A DNA stretch of 11,563 bases from Candidatus Heimdallarchaeota archaeon (GCA_019058275.1 JAHLVW010000049.1:1-11563); one strand, 5' to 3'. Counted from the first letter of the stretch, positions 1-7,642 are shown. The notes: generated by a model from the sequence alone, not told the origin. Program-made: numbers and translations.

Positions 1-347
1 CATTAATAACAAACAAAAGACTTCCAGAATATTCACCTTGGGGCTCCCTTCGGTATAAAATCCCGTTGCGGGTTAATAGGGGATGTAGATTATGGGAGCA
101 TCTCCAGGTTAAAATTTGAGTTTCCTTTAGATAATCTTGGGATACTTGTACAACTTGATCTAGGAATGCCATTCAGGATAAATTATTTTTCTCCTGCAGA
201 AAATAATTTATTTTTTTATCCTGTTTCCTGTAATGATTTTTTCCCTTAAGTTGCTCGAATCTCAATATTAACTCATTATTTTTCCTTATATAATTTATGT
301 AATAATTACAACGAGAGAAAAAAGTCTCTGTTGATAAATTTAGAAGG
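1..347 (+). ncRNA. Structured repeat unit U1 (divergent subtype; left end cut by window)
   Basis: P1 stem GGGGCTCCC...GGGAGC (~40-99). Rod arms TTGGGAT/ATCTCAA, CAACTT/AAGTTG, CAGGATAAA/TTTATCCTG. Right end ATTAACTC...TATATAATTTATG shared with U3, U4, U7; ends in the 22-bp site. Transcription and strand are inferred from G-U bias. Confidence 0.6.
326..347 (+). repeat. 22-bp right-boundary site, copy 1 of 7
   Basis: CTCTGTTGATAAATTTAGAAGG; other copies at 1717, 2196, 4721, 5477, 5616, 9471. Confidence 0.85.
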
Positions 348-402
348 CAAAACAACTTTATGAATTGATAATTCAATGATTTTTAGCTAATAAATTACCG
401 AC

Positions 403-780
403 TTTAGATTTTAAAGCTTAAAATTTAATACAAAAGTAAAGAATGTATTTTTGAGCCAGGGTGCTCCCATTGAGGTGAATCCTTGGCGCCCTTTAACAGG
501 GATTTAATATTGTGGGAGCATACCCAGGACAAAGTTTGAGTTTCTTAAGGGTCTCATACGTGGGGATTATTCCATGCATATCTTTATTGAAGACACACTA
601 CTCGTAAAAAGAATTTTTCAGGAGGGTGATAGTATCCTTTTTCTGTAGTAGGTTTTTCTTCAAAGATATACTAAATCCCATAGTAACTCTTCTTTCACGC
701 TTTTATTTTTTTTGAAATTACTATTTCTTTAGTAAAGGCGTTTCTTTTTGGTGAATTTTAACCATATCTTGAGAAAAATG
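403..780 (+). ncRNA. Structured repeat unit U2 (subtype A)
   Basis: Palindrome TTTAGATTTTAAAGCTTAAAATTTA at 403; P1 GGGTGCTCCC (459-468) / GGGAGCATACCC (514-525); P2 TGAG..CTCA; rod ~561-680; oligo-T 701-713. Closely similar to U5 and U6. Confidence 0.7.
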
Positions 781-786
781 GCTCAC

Positions 787-895
787 TTTAGATTTTAAAG
801 CTCAAGATTAATAACAAACAAAAGGCTAGAAGAATATATGCCTGGGTGCTCCCTTCCGAATAAAATCCTGTTGCGGTTAAAAGGGAATGAAGATT
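787..895 (+). repeat. Left part of interrupted unit U3
   Basis: Palindrome variant, then GATTAATAACAAACAAAAG and GGGTGCTCCC plus loop. Similarity to U1/U5 stops after ...GAAGATT, just before the 3' strand of P1. Confidence 0.8.
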
Positions 896-917
896 CAGTC
901 ACTAAAAAGTCCCTCCA

Positions 918-1415
918 TTAATAATATGCCCATCTCTCAGCGTATGCTGTTTCTTTCTCTAAATCAAGGAATTCCAAGTATGGCTCCTCACCAACATCCC
1001 CACCAAGAACTATGAATGTAGGTCTGATTCTTACAATAATCATCCCTGGAAAATTCTCCCAAAGTGCGATCGACTCAGGAAACTTCTTTCGCAGTATATC
1101 TGTATATTTTCTATTATTGTCATTTGTGAGGTTTCCCAATATCTCAGCTATCCCTTCTATTTGTACTCTATCTTTACACAAAGCAACACGGGGATTCATC
1201 TGAATTTGTATAGCTTTTCGCGAGTGTCCCCAGGTAAAGAAGTAAATTTCGAGTTCATTATTAGCAATCAACACGTTTCGTGCAAGAACTTTGTTGTTAT
1301 GAGAGGTTGCAAGCACCATTATGCTATTGTCTTTTAATTCCAAGAATTTTATTAGCTCCTCTTTTTTCTTTACATAATCGAGTTCCCATTTAGTCTTTTC
1401 TTTCTTGTTATCCAT
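918..1415 (-). CDS. Pyridoxamine 5'-phosphate oxidase-like FMN-binding split-barrel protein
   Basis: 165 aa with motifs MVLATS, IYFFT..HSRK..QI..NPRVALC and VQIEG.AEI; SD-like GAGGAGAG upstream. Confidence 0.85.
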   Translation of the reverse strand: MDNKKEKTKWELDYVKKKEELIKFLELKDNSIMVLATSHNNKVLARNVLIANNELEIYFFTWGHSRKAIQIQMNPRVALCKDRVQIEGIAEILGNLTNDNNRKYTDILRKKFPESIALWENFPGMIIVRIRPTFIVLGGDVGEEPYLEFLDLEKETAYAERWAYY

Positions 1416-1428
1416 TTTTTCACTCTCC

Positions 1429-1563
1429 TCAAATCTTAGATATGCCTGTAAAATATAATCTTGGCTTTCTTGGAATTAATCCTACTAAAAATTTGATGAA
1501 CCCTATAAGAGCTATAATTGTTATTATTATTACCCCTGCTATTAAAATATCATTCCAATTCAT
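1429..1563 (-). CDS. Small single-pass membrane peptide, 44 aa (not in ORF track)
   Basis: MNWNDILIAGVIIITIIALIGFIKFLVGLIPRKPRLYFTGISKI*; its stop abuts the SD of 918-1415. Confidence 0.55.
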   Translation of the reverse strand: MNWNDILIAGVIIITIIALIGFIKFLVGLIPRKPRLYFTGISKI

Positions 1564-1607
1564 TGTTAGTTTCTGATATACTTTGAATTAATCACTTATT
1601 TAAAGTA

Positions 1608-1738
1608 ATCTGTTTTTCTGCATATTATTTTTTTCCTACAAGTTGCTCGAATCCTCATATTAACTCCTTATTATTCCCTATATAATTTATGAAGCAACTT
1701 ACACAAGTGTAAGAAATTCTGTTGGGATAGTTAGAAGA
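1608..1738 (+). repeat. Right part of interrupted unit U3, including 22-bp site (1717-1738)
   Basis: AAGTTGCTCGAATC..ATATTAACTC..TATATAATTTATG matches U1 ~248-299. Confidence 0.8.
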
Positions 1739-1892
1739 AATGCAAGCACGAAAAGAAGATTTAAAGTTTGCAATTGAAAATAACCTCACTTTTGCCCCTG
1801 CAATGCATCACTTCGTAACAGGTCTATGAACTGATAATTCAATGATTTTTAGCTAATAAATTACCAACTTTAGATTTTAAAGCTTAAAATTT
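1717..1892 (+). repeat. Site-to-palindrome linker, direct repeat of 5616-5790
   Basis: About 175 bp, highly similar to 5616-5790; its last part is also present at ~360-426. Confidence 0.9.
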
Positions 1893-2217
1893 ATTATAGA
1901 TTACACAAATTCTTTAATTGTCTCTGAAGGGTACCCAATGTTTTGTTCCGGAGAGGTCAATTGGTTGGGAACCCTATCAGGACACTTTGTTTAAATGGAG
2001 ACTAACAAAGTTTTGAGTCGAGATTATTTGCATATCCTTTTAGAAGACACACTACACTCTAAAGAATACCAAATAAATAGGAATTATAGCCTTTTCCTGT
2101 AGCCAGTTTTTCTTCAAAGATATACTGAATCCCCATATTAACTCCTTATTATTCCTTATATAATTTATGAAGTAACTAAAAACAAGTGCAAGAAATTCTG
2201 TCGGGAAAGTTAGAAGG
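1869..2217 (+). ncRNA. Structured repeat unit U4 (subtype B)
   Basis: P1 AGGGTACCCAA/TTGGGAACCCT; P2 CTTTGTT/AACAAAG; rod with GAAGACACACTAC..GTAG..TCTTCAAAGATATAC; ends in site 2196-2217. Collinear with U7. Confidence 0.7.
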
Positions 2218-2363
2218 AAAAAAATCAGGATGTTTGCAAGCCTAGTGAAACTTTGGGAGAACCCTTATCACATTAACTCAAAAAATCTACTAGATTTTTC
2301 ATTCAGAAATGCTTATTTTATCAAATGTTTATAGTATTTTATTTCTGAAAAGGAGAAAAGGAA

Positions 2364-2600
2364 ATGTGCAGGAGAAGAAATAAACAATCTTCTAGTAGTG
2401 AAGAAACCTCTGCTGAAAATAATGAAGAATGCAAAAAAAATCAAGAAAAGTTGATTTTGGAAATAACTAATTGTAATGCACAAATCATTCAATTTCATCG
2501 AAACTATCAGATGAGAGTAAACAGTCATATACAAAAACTATGGGAAGCTCAAATGCATTTTACATGGTGGATATCAGCTATATTAACATCAATGAAATAA
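2364..2600 (+). other. Possible small ORF or eroded gene fragment
   Basis: 78-aa ORF with no recognisable motif. Confidence 0.2.
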
Positions 2601-2728
2601 CCTTTATTGAAGAAAAATGCATTGGTTTTAACTTAGAGAATGTAGAGTGTAAAAAAAATAGGAAATTTATAATTATCTAATTAATTTATAGATTAACTTA
2701 TAAAATTATTTTGATTAATCAACTTTAA

Positions 2729-3691
2729 TCATATAATATCATCTAAAGTAATACTATCCAGAAGATTGGTTATTACTTCGATTTTTTTTTCAATTTGATT
2801 TTGCTTTTCTACATTGGAAGAATCTTTTGTAAAGTACAATAACGCTTCATTTAAATCATTTTTAAACTGAAAGAGCTTACTATAGTGTTCATGTGTTAGT
2901 TGATTATGCGATAACCGAAGGATATTATTCAGTTGTTCTTCAATCTGGCAGATACTTTTTGAATAAATCAAATCCTTAAACTGAATACGATCATCGGTGA
3001 TTTGTAAGTTTAGTTCTTCCTTCAGACTTTTCTTATTTATCAGGTGCTCTATTCGTTTTTGTTTCAAATCTACTTTCTGCGAGAGAAGGGTAAAAGAGAT
3101 TCCTTCAGGAGTTTCCTTAGAAACCAATAGTGCTTCTTTTATCTTTTCATATATTCTCTCTCTTTCTGAAAATAAATACAAGCCGAACATTATTATTGAT
3201 ACAATGGATACTGTCATATCAAAAATTAATACAATTATTCCAGCATATTTATGTTCGAAAAATCTTATAGACTTTATGCTAATAACAAGCCATTCAGATA
3301 AATGCCATTCCAAGTTATTTGCAATTTCTATAATTGTATATGAGGGGCCTTTTATATTTCCTATAAAAGAAAACACTGTCGAAGGTTCAAATCGAAACTG
3401 CCACGAGTTATCATAGGATACAACCATCCCGTATATAAATATGTGAGAACCAGGATTCATCTCATAATCCTTTCGAAACTCTTCCCAAATACTTCTATTG
3501 GATGCATCAACTGCTAACTGATTACCGTCATAATCCTTAATAATTGCCCAACTGTTGGTTTCATGTTTGATATCTTCTGAATTATTTAAAATGAAAAAGT
3601 AGGTCGGATACCCAAAAAGTAATCCAATGATTACTACAATGAAGATTAATTTTGGCACTTTCCTGTTCATGACAATCCCACACCTTTTCAA
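2729..3691 (-). CDS. Hypothetical membrane protein (two TM segments, helical C-terminal region)
   Basis: 320 aa; hydrophobic stretches LIFIVVIIGLLFGYPTYFFIL and AGIIVLIFDMTVSIVSIIMFGLYLF. Confidence 0.8.
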   Translation of the reverse strand: MKRCGIVMNRKVPKLIFIVVIIGLLFGYPTYFFILNNSEDIKHETNSWAIIKDYDGNQLAVDASNRSIWEEFRKDYEMNPGSHIFIYGMVVSYDNSWQFRFEPSTVFSFIGNIKGPSYTIIEIANNLEWHLSEWLVISIKSIRFFEHKYAGIIVLIFDMTVSIVSIIMFGLYLFSERERIYEKIKEALLVSKETPEGISFTLLSQKVDLKQKRIEHLINKKSLKEELNLQITDDRIQFKDLIYSKSICQIEEQLNNILRLSHNQLTHEHYSKLFQFKNDLNEALLYFTKDSSNVEKQNQIEKKIEVITNLLDSITLDDII

Positions 3692-3738
3692 TAAACAATT
3701 ATACTAGAAAGTTTGAAATAAAAAATGTTGTTAATAGC

Positions 3739-3824
3739 TCCTGGATGCCCTTTCTGATCCAGGATGAAATTGATCTAAGGTTTGTTTGTAGCAATCACCT
3801 AAATTGCCTTTTGGAGAAAGGGCA
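3739..3824. other. Two intergenic hairpins
   Basis: TCCTGGAT/ATCCAGGA (3739-3764) and TGCCTTTT/AAAGGGCA (3805-3824); function unknown. Confidence 0.5.
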
Positions 3825-3902
3825 GGATAATTATACGATAAGTTACATTTAACTTGAAATTAGAGAAATAGTTGATAATAAAAAAAGAAAAAAAATGTGA
3901 AG

Positions 3903-4337
3903 CTACTTCCGTTTCTTATATAAAATGAGTACGATGATCGGCATGACAGCTATGAATGCTAAGAATCCATTAACATTACTAAGTTGAGTAGATGGTATGG
4001 GTGAGTCAACAAATTTCGTAACAAAAACATCACTCGTATCACCTAAGGTATTATCATAAGCATTCTGGGTGGGGAAATCGCTTGTTTTGGTTTGACCAGT
4101 GACATAGCAACTGCCATCTTCAGTAACAGCAATACCATACCCACAATCCCCACCACTTCCGCCAAGGTAGGTGCTAAAATTCAAATTGGGATAGGTTGCA
4201 GTTAAAGCTTCAGGACAAGTTAGTGGTATAGTATGTTCAGTAGAAGGAAGCACCTGCTGAGGTATTGAAAGAAATACAACACTTATGAGGAGGACAACGC
4301 CCAAACGATTGATTACTAATCGTAAAATTCTTCCCAT
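3903..4337 (-). CDS. Surface-anchored protein with a single SBBP (beta-propeller) repeat
   Basis: Signal peptide; FSTYLGGSGGDCGYGIAV..DGSCYVTGQT..SDFPT.NAYD; C-terminal TM segment plus KKRK. Confidence 0.8.
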   Translation of the reverse strand: MGRILRLVINRLGVVLLISVVFLSIPQQVLPSTEHTIPLTCPEALTATYPNLNFSTYLGGSGGDCGYGIAVTEDGSCYVTGQTKTSDFPTQNAYDNTLGDTSDVFVTKFVDSPIPSTQLSNVNGFLAFIAVMPIIVLILYKKRK

Positions 4338-4412
4338 AATAAATTCCCTAAAGAAACAATCATCCAGACTTCTTAAAAGATTTGCTCCTTATACACCATA
4401 AGCTGTTTTTTT

Positions 4413-4643
4413 TTACCAAAAAATACTAGTTATAATAAATAGCATTCTTTTGATTACAAGTGTTACAGTTTTCATATAGATGATTAAAATATTGGAAAAA
4501 GAATGATTAAATTTATACAATTCTGTTTTTAATAGGTCCCTCTCTCGAGATAGCCAATTTTCCAATTCCCTCAAGTCTGCTGCATTTTTAATTAGGTCCA
4601 GGATATGATCATAGATTTCTATTTCCAAATTCATATTTGCCAC
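4413..4643 (-). CDS. Small hypothetical protein
   Basis: 76 aa; helical, charged N-terminal half looks protein-like; C-terminus may be eroded. Confidence 0.4.
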   Translation of the reverse strand: MANMNLEIEIYDHILDLIKNAADLRELENWLSRERDLLKTELYKFNHSFSNILIIYMKTVTLVIKRMLFIITSIFW

Positions 4644-4720
4644 CAGTGGTGCATTAGAAAATGAATGTGCTGGGTATATAAATGAAAAGTATAGGGATAG
4701 AGATTTCCTAAACTAAAGAA

Positions 4721-4742
4721 TTCTGTTGGTAAATTTAGAAGA
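4721..4742 (+). repeat. Stand-alone 22-bp site
   Basis: TTCTGTTGGTAAATTTAGAAGA. Confidence 0.8.
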
Positions 4743-4773
4743 AAAAAGAACTGAAAATATGATAATGCTCCTT

Positions 4774-4938
4774 ATCATATATCCAAGATTTCTATTCGTT
4801 TAGGTTTATTTTTAAGAATTTCATGTTTTTCTTTAGCTGCTTCGAATTTTCCTTTTTCAATTAATGAAAAAAACTCAGCTAAAGTTTCAGGAAGTTCTTT
4901 ATTTTTATTAACAAAGTTAGTAAGATGTATATTTAATT
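4774..4938 (-). pseudogene. Small ORF lacking a start codon
   Basis: Open frame LNIHLTNFVNKNKELPETLAEFFSLIEKGKFEAAKEKHEILKNKPKRIEILDI* directly after SD-like AAGGTGA; ends approximate. Confidence 0.35.
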
Positions 4939-5015
4939 TTTCACCTTAATCTTTTTAGTTTATACAACAATTTATAACATTCTACTCAAGCAAAAGATAA
5001 TAACACATCCTGCAG

Positions 5016-5201
5016 CTAGAAGCATTTGTTAATGTAGACCAGTAAGAGTGTTAAGAAAAGCATTTCTTCATCAGAGAATTGATGATCTTTCTGTAATTCA
5101 TTTTGCAGATTGTGTAGGTTGACAATTGCATAGTTAATCTGTTTAATGATCATCTTATTAATGATTTCTTGTTCGAACTCGCTCAAATGAAAACTTGTCA
5201 T
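5016..5201 (-). CDS. Small hypothetical protein
   Basis: 61 aa; ATG overlaps the TGA of the upstream HTH-like frame (ATGA). Confidence 0.55.
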   Translation of the reverse strand: MTSFHLSEFEQEIINKMIIKQINYAIVNLHNLQNELQKDHQFSDEEMLFLTLLLVYINKCF

Positions 5202-5344
5202 TGTTTAGACCTCTCAGCTACTTTTTCAATTGCTAGTCTTTTTTTTCCTTGAGAATGGTTAATGTGAATAACTGCTCTATCGACACCAAGTATTCTACCT
5301 GTTTCTGCAATTTCATTTTCTTTCCTTTCCTTTAGTAGAATCAC
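5198..5344 (-). pseudogene. Eroded helix-turn-helix protein (sigma-4/Tfx-like pattern)
   Basis: VILLKERKENEIAETGRILGVDRAVIHINHSQGKKRL; an in-frame TGA lies a few codons upstream. Confidence 0.45.
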
Positions 5345-5476
5345 ATTCCACTCTTTCCATCAATATAAGACGTAATCCTCACAAATGTTTTTCCTTTTCA
5401 AAGAAAAGTTCAAGTTAATTACTTTTTAGTTTTTAAAAAATAAAAAGGTTTTGATTTTCTAACTAGGAAATAAAGA

Positions 5477-5498
5477 TTCTGTTGATAAATTTAGAAGG
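5477..5498 (+). repeat. Stand-alone 22-bp site
   Basis: TTCTGTTGATAAATTTAGAAGG, 21/22 identical to 326-347. Confidence 0.85.
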
Positions 5499-5615
5499 GG
5501 AAAGAACCAAGCACAGAAAAAGGTGAGAATAAAAACTATTTCTTTCGAACATTAGGATTTACTATATTTACTATTATTTTGTAAGAAGAAGATATTTTTG
5601 TCGTCTACAAACCAG

Positions 5616-5790
5616 TTCTGTTGGGATAGTTAGAAGAAATGCAAGCACGAAAAGAAGATTTGAAGTTTGCAATTGAAAATAACATTGCTTTGCTCCAGCA
5701 ATGCATCCCTGGGTAACAGGTCTATGAACTGATAATTCAATGATTTTTAGCTAATAAATTACTGACTTTAGATTTTAAAGCTTAAAATTT
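5616..5790 (+). repeat. 22-bp site plus linker, direct repeat of 1717-1892
   Basis: Similarity begins exactly at TTCTGTTGGGATAGTTAGAAGA. Confidence 0.9.
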
Positions 5791-6221
5791 AATACAAAAG
5801 TAAAGAAAGTATATTTGAGCTTGGGTGCTCCCTTCAGAATAAAATCCTGTTGCAGTGGAATAGGGGATGAAGATTGTGGGAGCATACCCAGGACAAAGTT
5901 TGAGTTTCTTTAGGGTCTCATACGTGGGGATTATTCCATGCATATCTTTATTGAAGACACACTACTCGTAAAAAGAATTTTTCGGGAGGGTGATAGATAT
6001 CCTTTTCCGGTAGTAGGTTGCTCCTCAAAGATATACCGAATCCCCATAGTAACTCTTCTTTCACGCTTTTATTTTTTTTGAAGATACATTCATCTAGTAT
6101 AGCGGTTTTTATTGAAAGAATTTTAACCATATCTTGAGAAAAAAAGCTCTAGAAACTGATTTTTGCCAATGGACTACGGAAAAAGAAGGATTAGTTGTCA
6201 AGAGAATGTTGGAATTCGCAA
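5767..6221 (+). ncRNA. Structured repeat unit U5 (subtype A) plus tail
   Basis: P1 5823-5889, rod ~5926-6045, oligo-T ~6067-6079; tail to 6221 shared with U6. Confidence 0.7.
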
Positions 6222-6438
6222 CATTCTTTCTTAACTACAACATCATCACTAACTATGAATTATTATTTCTATGTATTAAGAGACTTGAAATTAATTGAAC
6301 TATTAGGAGAAGGTTAAAAAACACCTTTAGGACATACTAAAAAGCATTACAAAATAATTAAAAGTAAGGTAAACGATAAAATGTGGGATAATCCATAAAA
6401 ATACCTTAAAGAAATATTCTCTTAGGGCAGTCAAATAT

Positions 6439-7620
6439 GTGCAGAGTAAGACAAAATATTATGAAGAAAAAGAAACCAAGTACATAGAAGCTAAGTGTAA
6501 TGTATGTAACAAGAAAAGAGATTTTGCTGAAGTAGATGAGAAAAAGGAATATACAAGAGGAATACCAAGAAAAAAAGCACATTGGATTTGTAATAGTTGT
6601 AAACGAAAAATTAAAAGAAAAGAATTATGGGAAAAAGTAAAGGGTTTCATGCAAGCATCAAGAATTCAAACTGCACCATTTGCTGCAGCAGTAATTTATA
6701 TGGCTTATTTAAGTGGACTAGACAAACAAATGTGGTTAAATATTATATTACCTTTTCTTGGTGGATTAGTTCATATGGTTGGTTGTATTCATAATTCTAT
6801 TATTGATACTGTTATGGGATATGATACAAAAGATAGTAATAAAGTTCATGGCTATACAACTGGTGTTTTAGATGCCAAAAAACACAAAAAAATGATTAAT
6901 TGGATTATACTTGTTTTTGCTGTTATATTGTCTATTATTGGGGTTTTTGGAGCTAATAATATATTATCTCTTTTAGGAATTATCTTTTTAGTAGTTGGTG
7001 GTTATGTTTACAATAATATTTCAAAACAAACTTATTTTGGATTTATTCCAATCGGAGTATCTTATGCTGGAATGGTTCTTTATGGTTTTTCATTAAGTCA
7101 TAGTACAGTTCTTTTAATTGATTTATTTCCATTGATAATTTATGTTATGGCAGTAACAATGATTCAAATAGCTTTCTGGGGTGAATTAAAAGACATGGAA
7201 TATGATGAGAAAAGTTTGGTCAAAAAATTAGGTGTAAAGTTAGAAAATAATTATTTAACAATTACAAAGAAATTTGATATTATGTACTTTACTTTTCGAG
7301 CATTAAGTTTATCACCATTAATAGTTTACATGGTTTTAACTCATGACCCCAATCATATCATTCAAACGGTTCATTTATCATTATGGATGTTTGTTTTTGT
7401 ATTAATTGCATTTTGGTTAAACACAAAAATCTTTCAATTTAAAGAGTGGAATAGAAGAAAGATTTTTCTATACATTAATTTTAGTGAATTTTTGTTTATT
7501 TTTCTTATGTTTCCATTCTTCATTAAATGGTGGATAGTATTTGTAATACTTCCAGTAAGTGTTGGATTATGGATAGGATTAAATAAATTACTTTGGGATG
7601 ATTATGTGCAAAAAACTTAA
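6439..7620 (+). CDS. UbiA-superfamily prenyltransferase with N-terminal CxxC...CxxC zinc ribbon
   Basis: Multi-TM protein; Asp motifs HNSIIDTVMGYD and ELKDMEYD, plus YVYNNISK; CNVC and CNSC at the N-terminus. Start is uncertain (frame open from 6373). Confidence 0.8.
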   Translation: MQSKTKYYEEKETKYIEAKCNVCNKKRDFAEVDEKKEYTRGIPRKKAHWICNSCKRKIKRKELWEKVKGFMQASRIQTAPFAAAVIYMAYLSGLDKQMWLNIILPFLGGLVHMVGCIHNSIIDTVMGYDTKDSNKVHGYTTGVLDAKKHKKMINWIILVFAVILSIIGVFGANNILSLLGIIFLVVGGYVYNNISKQTYFGFIPIGVSYAGMVLYGFSLSHSTVLLIDLFPLIIYVMAVTMIQIAFWGELKDMEYDEKSLVKKLGVKLENNYLTITKKFDIMYFTFRALSLSPLIVYMVLTHDPNHIIQTVHLSLWMFVFVLIAFWLNTKIFQFKEWNRRKIFLYINFSEFLFIFLMFPFFIKWWIVFVILPVSVGLWIGLNKLLWDDYVQKT

Positions 7621-7642
7621 AAAAATATTTAAAATAATAGGA

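Noticed and set aside
173-376. ORFs within repeats (173-376, 5948-6130, 9193-9378, 9301-9504)
   Set aside because: Not preserved in sister copies.
514-528. SRP RNA (GGGAGCA motif)
   Set aside because: The helix-8 context CAGG..GGAA..AGCA is not in the right order, and several divergent copies are not expected.
456-531. H/ACA guide RNA (hairpin with internal loop followed by ACA)
   Set aside because: ACA follows P1 in most units, but it is about 23 nt from the top of the loop rather than 14-16, no clear K-turn is visible, and U1 lacks it.
2058-2136. Minus-strand peptide MGIQYIFEEK... after AAGGAG
   Set aside because: Frame and length are not kept across copies (U2 and U6 shift frame), so it is better explained as a by-product of the repeat.
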